Shown piece after piece: positions 28,702 through 36,157 of a stretch of DNA of 64,000 nt (position 1 is the stretch's first letter; each line of letters opens with the position of its first letter). The notes under the pieces are model-generated. The model did no database searches. It saw only the letters and a list, made by a program, of their open reading frames with translations, and was not told where the DNA came from. The stretch covers positions 62,001 to 126,000 of the IMG/VR virus record IMGVR_UViG_3300042302_000394, one strand, 5' to 3'. The translations under genes and the position numbers were made by a program.

Positions 28702-28791
28702 ATAAACTTGGCCCTCGAGGTGTATGTCGCAGTACACATTACTAACTATTGGCAAGGGTGTATACGGCCCCGCTTAACTCAAGGATAAAAT

Positions 28792-28867
28792 TGGTGCAAC
28801 CTGTAGGGATCGAACCTACTTCAATGGCTCTTCAGACCACCGCTATGACCACATCAGCTAAAGTTGC
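28792..28867 (-). tRNA. tRNA-Phe(GAA)
   Basis: Cloverleaf with CCA. Confidence 0.85.
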
Positions 28868-28874
28868 ATTGTAT

Positions 28875-28950
28875 TGGTGCCCCAGTCCGGAATCGAACCG
28901 ACTTCCCCTGCTTACAAGACAGGACCTCATCCATTAAAGGCTTCAAGGGC
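28875..28950 (-). tRNA. tRNA-Thr(TGT)
   Basis: Cloverleaf with CCA. Confidence 0.82.
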
Positions 28951-28957
28951 AATAAAC

Positions 28958-29034
28958 TGGAACATCGGGTGGGACTCGAACCCACGACTGGACGGATTTG
29001 CAATCCGCTACATTGGCCGCTCTGTCACCGATGC
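28958..29034 (-). tRNA. tRNA-Cys(GCA)
   Basis: U73, CCA. Confidence 0.88.
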
Positions 29035-29040
29035 ATAAAC

Positions 29041-29119
29041 TGGTCTGTGTGGCAGGATTCGAACCTGCGACCTCCGACTTCCAAGGCCGGCCGTCTGACC
29101 TGACTGACATTACACACAG
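29041..29119 (-). tRNA. tRNA-Pro(TGG)
   Basis: Cloverleaf with CCA. Confidence 0.85.
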
Positions 29120-29126
29120 ATAAAAT

Positions 29127-29201
29127 TGGTAGCCACGGACAATTTCGAAATGTCGACTCCCGCCTTATCAAGACGGTACTCTGCCTCTGAGTTACGTGGC
29201 C
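29127..29201 (-). tRNA. tRNA-Ile(GAT)
   Basis: TTGATAA loop, CCA. Confidence 0.85.
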
Positions 29202-29206
29202 ATAAA

Positions 29207-29608
29207 TTACCACTCTGCGTATTCTGTTATTATACGAGAGTTTTTATCTTTTCTTTTTGTTGATTCTACACATCGCAGTTTAACTTCTTTTACATCGCAT
29301 ATTTCTGCAATAGGAACGAGATATACTTTATCTAATTCATTTACATAGACTGCAATATAATCGATGTTACTTTCATTGTAAGAAACTCTATTTGTAAATG
29401 TGTTTTGAGATAGTTTAATTGTAACTATTCCGTTACTTTCTAACGATCTAAACTTAACTTGAATTCGTAAAAGTTTACCGTCGTGTCTATCTAACACATA
29501 ATCATAAGGACAACCTTGTGGCATTTTGCCAGTCCAATATCCTCTTTTGGCAGAAACGAGCACAAATGCTGCTTCTCCTATTTCACCTTTTTCGTTTGAT
29601 ATACTCAT
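29207..29608 (-). CDS. PD-(D/E)XK homing-type endonuclease
   Basis: KGEIGE...PYDYVLD...RIQVK...IDYIAVY. Confidence 0.8.
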   Translation of the reverse strand: MSISNEKGEIGEAAFVLVSAKRGYWTGKMPQGCPYDYVLDRHDGKLLRIQVKFRSLESNGIVTIKLSQNTFTNRVSYNESNIDYIAVYVNELDKVYLVPIAEICDVKEVKLRCVESTKRKDKNSRIITEYAEW

Positions 29609-29646
29609 AGTGTTCTCCTACAAGTATTTATAACGCTCGCCAGGAA

Positions 29647-29678
29647 AGCGATTGTTATACCATTTAACTACAAGAGGA
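29647..29678 (-). pseudogene. 5' half of a tRNA gene
   Basis: CCTCTTGTAGTTAAATGGTATAACAATCGCTT = acceptor 5' strand plus D arm; no 3' half found. Confidence 0.5.
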
Positions 29679-29690
29679 ATAAACTGCTTA

Positions 29691-29763
29691 GGGGTGACTA
29701 ACGGGATTTGAACCCGTACTGACAAGGTCACAACATGTAGTGCTACCATTACACTATAGCCAC
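29691..29763 (-). tRNA. tRNA-His(GTG), no encoded CCA
   Basis: TTGTGAC loop, C73; acceptor extended by CTTAGG/CCTAAG. Confidence 0.8.
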
Positions 29764-29786
29764 ACCTAAGAAGTCTAACAAAATAT

Positions 29787-29860
29787 TGGCACCCGGACTA
29801 GGGATCGAACCTAGGCTAACAGAGTCAAAGTCTGTTGTGCTACCATTACACAATCCGGGA
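29787..29860 (-). tRNA. tRNA-Gln(TTG)
   Basis: Cloverleaf with CCA. Confidence 0.88.
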
Positions 29861-29866
29861 ACAAAA

Positions 29867-29926
29867 AACAGGATGCTTATTTTTCAATTAAAAGTTGAAT
29901 TTTTTGATTTGCTGGACGCATCCTAA
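29867..29926 (-). ncRNA. CAGCAA-motif RNA E6 carrying a Lys(UUU) anticodon arm
   Basis: TTAGGATGCGTCCAGCAA...TTCAA-CTTTTAA-TTGAA...GCATCCTGTT. Confidence 0.75.
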
Positions 29927-29929
29927 AAC

Positions 29930-30004
29930 TGGCATACCCCCTTGGATTTGAACCAAGCCTAACGGTTTTGGAGACCGGCGTGCTGCCGCTGACACTAGGG
30001 ATAC
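29930..30004 (-). tRNA. tRNA-Trp(CCA)
   Basis: CTCCAAA loop, CCA. Confidence 0.88.
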
Positions 30005-30011
30005 ATAATAA

Positions 30012-30076
30012 AACAGGATCAACTTTGGTTTTTTTGAATAATAAAAAAGTTTTTAAGTTTGCTGAACTGATCCTAA
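30012..30076 (-). ncRNA. CAGCAA-motif RNA E7
   Basis: TTAGGATCAGTTCAGCAA...TTGATCCTGTT. Confidence 0.7.
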
Positions 30077-30079
30077 AAC

Positions 30080-30195
30080 TGGTACGACCGGTAGGTCTCG
30101 AACCTACAAGAGCACGGTAACTATGTTATGTGCCCCTTCCCCTGACCTATGCTATGAGCATAACGGGAGGTCTGCCATATTCCACTTACGGTCGC
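30080..30195 (-). tRNA. Oversized (116 nt) tRNA-like RNA with expanded anticodon arm
   Basis: GCGACCG/CGGTCGT acceptor, T arm, CCA; extra TATGC-TCATA-GCATA hairpin; long variable arm. Confidence 0.55.
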
Positions 30196-30203
30196 ATAAT
30201 GTA

Positions 30204-30232
30204 ATTATACAATCTTATGTAGAATTTGTCAA
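30204..30232 (-). promoter_or_regulatory. sigma70-type promoter
   Basis: TTGACA-N17-TATAAT. Confidence 0.7.
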
Positions 30233-30238
30233 TTGTCT

Positions 30239-30330
30239 TGGCGGAAAGCAGAGGAGTCGAACCCCATCCCATTTCTGAGAACCCAGTTTTCAAGGCTGGT
30301 CGCAGGACCAACCCCGCTGCATTACTTTCC
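30239..30330 (-). tRNA. tRNA-Ser(TGA)
   Basis: Long variable arm, CCA. Confidence 0.88.
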
Positions 30331-30339
30331 ATTTAAACT

Positions 30340-30415
30340 TGGTCTCGCATGAAGGACTCGAACCTTCGAAATCCTGGCCCCAAACCAGGTGGCATAGCCG
30401 CTAACCGAATGCGAG
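30340..30415 (-). tRNA. tRNA-Pro(TGG)
   Basis: Cloverleaf with CCA. Confidence 0.85.
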
Positions 30416-30422
30416 ATAAAAT

Positions 30423-30511
30423 TGGTGGAGCCTGAAGGAATTGAACCTCTTGCCAGCCACCCCACTTAATAATGGCTACCAGGTTACAGCTGGCAATGGG
30501 GGACAAGCTCC
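30423..30511 (-). tRNA. D-armless tRNA-Tyr(GTA)-like RNA
   Basis: Acceptor, GCCAG-CTGTAAC-CTGGT arm, long variable arm, T arm, CCA; no D stem. Confidence 0.55.
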
Positions 30512-30540
30512 AAATTGTTAACACTCTCTTTCGAAAGTGC

Positions 30541-30613
30541 TTATTAAAACAAACTGTTACGCTATGCGTCCTGTTCTGATTCAGAGTCAGCAGGTACCAA
30601 TTTGCTTTAATAA
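30541..30613 (-). ncRNA. Structured RNA with AT-rich terminal helix
   Basis: TTATTAAAGCAAATTG...CAGTTTGTTTTAATAA. Confidence 0.4.
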
Positions 30614-30725
30614 CTAGTATTTTTTTATCCACATAAGGATAAGCCATCCACTAGTCCGCCCGTTTAGAACATGTTTTAAGTGCGTTCCCCGGGCCTCGTT
30701 CCCGTACTATATTACACTTTGCGAT

Positions 30726-30875
30726 CTACGACCGCCCTTGAGCAATCTCTCGCTTCCTACTTGCTTCGTAATACGCAGTTGCACGTTGTAACTTTTCCAA
30801 AATCATCTTGCGAAGATCTTGTTTAGTTAAAGTATGCGCTTTTGTAAACTCAGCTTGTCTCTTCAAATCTGTCAT
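30726..30875 (-). CDS. Small basic hypothetical protein (49 aa, MTDLKRQAEF)
   Basis: AAGGAAG RBS immediately after the attenuator terminator. Confidence 0.55.
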   Translation of the reverse strand: MTDLKRQAEFTKAHTLTKQDLRKMILEKLQRATAYYEASRKREIAQGRS

Positions 30876-30887
30876 TCTTCCTTGCGG

Positions 30888-30924
30888 AAAACAAAAAACC
30901 CCAGGGTTTTTAATCCTAGGGTCC
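30888..30924 (-). terminator. Intrinsic terminator of putative attenuator
   Basis: GACCCTAGG-loop-CCTGGGGTT followed by TTTTGTTTT. Confidence 0.75.
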
Positions 30925-30951
30925 TTGAAGTTTGTTGTGTTAACTTGTGTG

Positions 30952-31098
30952 TTACACGACAGTCCTCCGGACCCTAGAAATCTCTGGTGTACGATCATAT
31001 GATAGACTTCCCGCATTAATCGATAACCAACCGCAGGCTATTACACCTACCTGTTTGGGCATCGTATTAAATTGTTGATGTCTATTGGACGATTGCAT
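30952..31098 (-). CDS. Putative attenuator leader peptide (48 aa, all 20 amino acids)
   Basis: MQSSNRHQQFNTMPKQVGVIACGWLSINAGSLSYDRTPEISRVRRTVV; 3' end complementary to terminator 5' arm. Confidence 0.65.
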   Translation of the reverse strand: MQSSNRHQQFNTMPKQVGVIACGWLSINAGSLSYDRTPEISRVRRTVV

Positions 31099-31157
31099 TT
31101 TGTTTTCTCTTTAAAACCTTTTGTTACATACACTACCTTATTGCAGTGTATGTTCTA

Positions 31158-31186
31158 ATTATACAGTTATTTAGCATTGTTGTCAA
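31158..31186 (-). promoter_or_regulatory. sigma70-type promoter at head of tRNA array
   Basis: TTGACA-N17-TATAAT. Confidence 0.75.
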
Positions 31187-31320
31187 CCCTTATTTGTTCT
31201 TTTGAACAAAAAGTTTTTAACAACTTCTCTTCCTAACTAGTCTCTATTGTACTGCTTCTATTTATGTCTGTCAATAAGTATGTGGTTAAAATGCCACAAT
31301 TTTGGCGAATTTTTATTTTA

Positions 31321-31806
31321 TTACTTTTCTACTACACCGACAAGGTGTAGCCTAGGGTCATCAGAGCAATTCATAAAAGTGTGGGGCTTTCGAGTATCAA
31401 CCCACCAAACTAATTTTTTATTCAAGTGTATTATTCTACCAGATTGAAAAACAAAATAGCAACTAGGATTAGTTATTAAAGGTATGTGTATTCTTGGAGT
31501 TTCGTCTCGATGGATACTATAACATGCATAAGGGTCTACCCACATTAATCTAGTTCTAGTTAATTTATATTGAGCTATTATATTTTCAAATATAGTATTT
31601 TTAAAAAATGGATTTAAATTAGTATATGTTAATTCCTGTCCAGTACTTCTTCCTACTGCACTAGTCCAAGGATCTTCATTATCTTTAAACTGAACTCCGG
31701 CTTGTCGCCCTTTGTGTCCGTAGGATGTCCATTGGATGTTTTCTTCAATTAGATTAAAGGCATCTAATATTTCTTGTTCGTCAATTTTTCCTAAAACTTT
31801 TATCAT
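31321..31806 (-). CDS. Aspartyl/asparaginyl beta-hydroxylase-like 2OG-Fe(II) oxygenase
   Basis: HRD...RIHIPLITN...HTFMN...RLHLV. Confidence 0.75.
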   Translation of the reverse strand: MIKVLGKIDEQEILDAFNLIEENIQWTSYGHKGRQAGVQFKDNEDPWTSAVGRSTGQELTYTNLNPFFKNTIFENIIAQYKLTRTRLMWVDPYACYSIHRDETPRIHIPLITNPSCYFVFQSGRIIHLNKKLVWWVDTRKPHTFMNCSDDPRLHLVGVVEK

Positions 31807-31854
31807 GCTAAAATTATATCCGCGGCTTGGTCTTCAGTAATTCGTTGTCAACCA

Positions 31855-32358
31855 CTATTTTCCAAATGTTATGGTATGCACTTTGTAACTACTATTTAAT
31901 GCAAAATCTAACACATCTACTACTTCATTAACTGATAATCTATTACCTAGAATATGTTTAACTCTGTTAGTATCGATTAATCCCGGCTTTAAATTAATTA
32001 TATATGGTAAGGTAAACTCTTTAGACTTGCAAAATATATCCTGTAGTTCTTTATCTTTGCAATATTTTTCAGGACCAGTAGTGTATCGGGATGATATATT
32101 AACAATAACTTTGTTTGTTCCTTCCCATAGCGTGTAAACTTCTTTTAATAATTGTAACTGAGAATCATCAAAATTATTGTATGCATTGTTGATAAACATA
32201 TCAGCATCTTTAATTTCTTCTAAAATTTTAATTCTGGATACCGGACTGAATATGTTGTAACCGTTGCTTCTTGAAAATCCAAGAACATCGTGCGACTGAA
32301 AATGATCAAAGAACGCTTTCCCTAATCCTTGTGTATGACCTGTTATTGCAATTTTCAT
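31855..32358 (-). CDS. Short-chain dehydrogenase-like protein
   Basis: ITGHTQGLG, FINNA, NISS, YCKDK. Confidence 0.75.
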   Translation of the reverse strand: MKIAITGHTQGLGKAFFDHFQSHDVLGFSRSNGYNIFSPVSRIKILEEIKDADMFINNAYNNFDDSQLQLLKEVYTLWEGTNKVIVNISSRYTTGPEKYCKDKELQDIFCKSKEFTLPYIINLKPGLIDTNRVKHILGNRLSVNEVVDVLDFALNSSYKVHTITFGK

Positions 32359-33002
32359 AGTTTACACTTTAATCTCAGACTTAATCCAATTTTAGGAACA
32401 CGGTTAGTAGTAACTGAGAAGTGTAACTGGTTGCATGGGAAACTAACTAAACTTCCTATTTTCCAACTAATTATAGTGTCAATGCTCATTCCGTCTAATG
32501 TTGAATCTGTGAAAATTATACCTAACTCGTTTAATCGAGAATCCCACTTGTTATACTCAAGTCCTTGAATATCTTCATAACTTGTAACCATATTGTTCCA
32601 TCCCTTAGTCCAAGGCTGTTTGACAAAGGTAGTTGCTTCACCTAGCCATTTTTGATTTAACAATAGCAAATACGAAACACTATCTTCAGGAATATATAAA
32701 GGAAACAAAAAAACTGTATAATCTAAACTGTGAGTATTGTCTTTACCAGTATCAACGTGAATGGGATACTGACTTGCAGTTTCGAGATAGTTCCCACTAG
32801 GTTCGTCATCTAAAATAACATAACCTAAAGACTCAATAAATGTGTATAATTCAGGTATATCTGTTCGAGTAGGAGGTGTTCCTCTAAGATCTTTTCCTTT
32901 AAAGTTGGTATCATAGGATTGTTGTTTTTTATAAAAGTCTAGCATCTTTGCTACTAGATCTAAAGGAACTGTGTCTTTTGACCAAGAAATAATTTTGCTC
33001 AT
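32355..33002 (-). CDS. 2OG-Fe(II) oxygenase-like protein
   Basis: IHVD...LHFS...K. Confidence 0.5.
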   Translation of the reverse strand: MSKIISWSKDTVPLDLVAKMLDFYKKQQSYDTNFKGKDLRGTPPTRTDIPELYTFIESLGYVILDDEPSGNYLETASQYPIHVDTGKDNTHSLDYTVFLFPLYIPEDSVSYLLLLNQKWLGEATTFVKQPWTKGWNNMVTSYEDIQGLEYNKWDSRLNELGIIFTDSTLDGMSIDTIISWKIGSLVSFPCNQLHFSVTTNRVPKIGLSLRLKCKL

Positions 33003-33006
33003 AATA

Positions 33007-34014
33007 TCAAGTCATCCACCAAAATAGCCTGTTAGACCAGCCTTTTGTATTCCATTTCATATCCCAATCTTCTGCCCAACTTTTATAAAAATATAAATTA
33101 GATCCTCTTGCACCGTCTACATAGGGTATTGTTTGATAATCATCAAGTTTTTCTAACACGTTCATAGGAAAATATAAAAGACTGGCATGCTTAGGATGCA
33201 CGATAAGATGTGTATCTATACGTCCCCAATAGTTTTTAGCAGTATGATAATCTTGTATAGTATAAGGAGTCATTGCAAAATTTATACTAACATCGCTGAC
33301 TTCTTTTAGATCACGGACACCACTTATTAATTCTTCCCAGGAAGATCCTCTGCGAAACCATTCGTATGTTTCTCCATAACCATCTGCACTGACACTGCAT
33401 TTAACAGATTGCCAACCCTTCCATAGTTCATCTCTAAAGGGACTAATGCCGTTTGTTATATATTCTAATGTACAATGACTTCTATCAAACTGCTGTAAGT
33501 ATTCTAATATCTTCCAATGGTTAGGGTCGAGAAAAGGCTCGCCGCCGGTAAATTTTAGACAAGTTATCTGCGGTAGTAATTCTCCTAACTCTTTTAAAAA
33601 TTCGTCAGTTAATTCAAAACTATCGGAAGCTATCGGAGTTATCTTTAAAAACTTTTTCCATCCTGTAGATAACTCAGGACCACAATGAGCACAAGTTAGT
33701 TGGCACTTGTTACTCATTTTAAATTGAATTGTTTTTAATGTCCTATCTTGTGTGGCAAACGGTGTACTGGTACGCATACTAGGTTGATCTGCAGATTCTA
33801 AAATTTCGCATCTGTTACAAAATGGTCGAGTCTTTTTAGAATAACCGTTCTTTAACTCCTCTCTTAATTCTAGTAATTTAGAATTATTCCATGCTGCCTG
33901 TATTCCGTTATTAATATGTGCTATCCTTGCATCCTTAGACGGTTCTGCACAGCACGGTCGCGTCCATCCGTCTGTTTCGATGCTCATCATATTTTCTAAC
34001 CAGGCACATTTCAT
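33007..34014 (-). CDS. Radical SAM protein with N-terminal SPASM/twitch-like Cys region
   Basis: CQLTCAHC, FTGGEPF, ITNG; PCC...CNRC. Confidence 0.8.
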   Translation of the reverse strand: MKCAWLENMMSIETDGWTRPCCAEPSKDARIAHINNGIQAAWNNSKLLELREELKNGYSKKTRPFCNRCEILESADQPSMRTSTPFATQDRTLKTIQFKMSNKCQLTCAHCGPELSTGWKKFLKITPIASDSFELTDEFLKELGELLPQITCLKFTGGEPFLDPNHWKILEYLQQFDRSHCTLEYITNGISPFRDELWKGWQSVKCSVSADGYGETYEWFRRGSSWEELISGVRDLKEVSDVSINFAMTPYTIQDYHTAKNYWGRIDTHLIVHPKHASLLYFPMNVLEKLDDYQTIPYVDGARGSNLYFYKSWAEDWDMKWNTKGWSNRLFWWMT

Positions 34015-35441
34015 ACTACAGCATTTGCAAAGTTTTGTGCCAATTGTATTCTTAATTGATTGTTCAAGCCTGGCCAGTGTACTACCCAATCACCCTGCTG
34101 CCACTGTCCGTCGTTGCCTAACATGTCAATTCCGTCGACTCCATACATCTTGTAATCGTAGCTGTTCATAGTACGTTGTGGTACAAGTTTAATAATATCC
34201 TTGTAGGTAACATAAGTGTCGATAACACACTGCTGATCAAACCATTTCTTATCGTTGAGGTAGTCCTTGCGCTTACCGATCATATCCTCTAACCACACCC
34301 GACTGTTCTCACTGTTCTTGACAAAGAAGCTGCCTGTGTTAAGACTGGCAATGTCAGTGGCCATGATGATGTCATAGCTGTCATCAATTACATCTTCTAT
34401 CTTGCAATTGAAGTTGGTAATCATAGCATCGTTGTCTAACCACCACACCCAAGATAGATTAGGATTATCGTTCATTACTTGCAAAATATGCACAAACTTA
34501 TCAAAGTGAACTGCTTCTGAACTAAAGTCGTCCATTTTAGAAAAGGCTTTGTATCCGCGATGTGTTGCATACTTGTCTTTGTTATTGAACCAAGTGTGTT
34601 TGGCAAGTTCAAAATGTGGCTCATTGAACATACTAACAATAGCGTACTTGCTAGGATCACCACGCTTCCAAAGTTGCGGAATACTGTACCACAATCCCTC
34701 AAAATCAATGTAAGGATCTTTTAAGGACTCTAGTGTGATATGCAGGCTTAGGCTAGGAATAGGACTGAACAACATAACATCGTCTTTGTTCCATACCTGA
34801 TTGATAGTTTCATTTTCATCTTTACGCAATATCCATTCTGCTGCATCATCAAAGTGTTTGCGATACTTGTCAAATACAGCACGACTGGCTAAGCAGGTAT
34901 AGGTACTGTGCTTAACTGTACGATAATGCCTGTGGGGACCAAACAACAAAATGCTAGGGTAAACTTGTGCTGTGTAACGGTACACATCGTCATGCGGATT
35001 GACTGCAATCATCTTGCCTGTTTGCTGCTCAAACTGTGTTACAGTATCTAGCATGTCTTGTATTGCTGTTTGAAAATGCGGATAGTCATCTTCTGCATGA
35101 TACCACAAGTCTGTACACTGTTGATCTACAATTTCATAGACTTTCTTGCAAGTGTAGCTAGCACCAGTTCCGCCTGTTACTGCTACAAACTCTGTAGACG
35201 ATTTGCATTGTGCAAGGATGATTTTAAAATCAGCAACTGCTTCGGGTGTGCTGTTGTCATCTAAGACTACTAGCTTAACATCGTGCCCTTCACAGTGATT
35301 AATACTATCTACAATACTGCTAAGGCAAACATTTACAAGCTCATGCTTAGGTACTTTGTGATAGCGGCCGCCCATGTTTTCACCGTTGAGCATGTTAACA
35401 CGGGTACAAGTTCTTAATACAATTAGTAAGTTTCTTTTCAT
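34011..35441 (-). CDS. Two-domain glycosyltransferase (GT-A + GT34-like)
   Basis: VLDDNS, AEDDY; WWLDNDA, LNTGSFF, FDQ, VVHWPG. Confidence 0.75.
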   Translation of the reverse strand: MKRNLLIVLRTCTRVNMLNGENMGGRYHKVPKHELVNVCLSSIVDSINHCEGHDVKLVVLDDNSTPEAVADFKIILAQCKSSTEFVAVTGGTGASYTCKKVYEIVDQQCTDLWYHAEDDYPHFQTAIQDMLDTVTQFEQQTGKMIAVNPHDDVYRYTAQVYPSILLFGPHRHYRTVKHSTYTCLASRAVFDKYRKHFDDAAEWILRKDENETINQVWNKDDVMLFSPIPSLSLHITLESLKDPYIDFEGLWYSIPQLWKRGDPSKYAIVSMFNEPHFELAKHTWFNNKDKYATHRGYKAFSKMDDFSSEAVHFDKFVHILQVMNDNPNLSWVWWLDNDAMITNFNCKIEDVIDDSYDIIMATDIASLNTGSFFVKNSENSRVWLEDMIGKRKDYLNDKKWFDQQCVIDTYVTYKDIIKLVPQRTMNSYDYKMYGVDGIDMLGNDGQWQQGDWVVHWPGLNNQLRIQLAQNFANAVV

Positions 35442-36049
35442 CTGTTCATCATCTGTGTAATGTATGCTGGGTCTGCAATCTTTTCAATCACACACTCAAT
35501 TTCGTAGCAGCCTTCGCTGTGTGTTGTATCTGGCAAACTGTAGTCAAAGCCTGCATCATTATCGCACATATGACGTAAGCGCCATTCACCTAGTGGGAGT
35601 GCCTCTTGGACTTCTGCAAGCAGAGTGCTAGGTAAGTAATAACGAAAATGCCCCGCACCTGCAAAGCGACTGGGCAGATCTTTCTTCTTTTCGTATAACA
35701 ACCAATGTGGTACAACAATTACCATGTAACCTCCCACTTTAAGTACTCGGAACCACTCCTGTAACACTTGTTCCCAATACGGAATGTGCTCAAGTACATG
35801 ACTGCTATATACTGCATCTTGGCTAGCATCCTCAAACGGCAGGTGCAACCCGTCGTAGCCCGGATAACCCTGATCAATACCAATTGCATTTTCTACAATA
35901 GGAACAACTTCTCGTCCTGCATTGTATCCTTGGTATCCAATTTCTAAAATGTTCTTACCGCTTAGGTACTTTTCTAAAAATCCACTTTCAATTTTCTGAG
36001 CATAACTTTTAATACTTTCTATGCCTACTGGTCTATTCTTGTCAAACAT
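35438..36049 (-). CDS. SAM-dependent methyltransferase
   Basis: LEIG, LPFED...SSHVLEH...RVLKVGG. Confidence 0.85.
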   Translation of the reverse strand: MFDKNRPVGIESIKSYAQKIESGFLEKYLSGKNILEIGYQGYNAGREVVPIVENAIGIDQGYPGYDGLHLPFEDASQDAVYSSHVLEHIPYWEQVLQEWFRVLKVGGYMVIVVPHWLLYEKKKDLPSRFAGAGHFRYYLPSTLLAEVQEALPLGEWRLRHMCDNDAGFDYSLPDTTHSEGCYEIECVIEKIADPAYITQMMNR

Positions 36050-36157
36050 GATCTGTTCCTTTGAGATATTTAGTACATTATATACGCACAGAATAAAATT
36101 ATCTACTACTATATTGATTTTACCATTAACTGTAAATATAATAAACTGGAGTAGGAT

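Noticed and set aside
29207-29678. Group I intron splitting a tRNA
   Set aside because: No room for an intron core and no matching 3' exon after the endonuclease gene
21301-30076. Dispersed AACAGG...TTGCTG...CCTAA repeats as a CRISPR array or mobile element ends
   Set aside because: Copies are irregularly spaced, stem sequences covary rather than repeat, and there is no cas gene, transposase or target duplication
21463-30647. ORF-track ORFs overlapping tRNA genes (e.g. 21676, 23415, 24120, 26018, 27193, 28864, 30333)
   Set aside because: They are incidental frames across or antisense to tRNA genes
30726-31016. 96 aa ORF as listed in the track
   Set aside because: Its 5' part crosses the terminator; the RBS supports a start at 30875, and the leader ORF in another frame explains the upstream part
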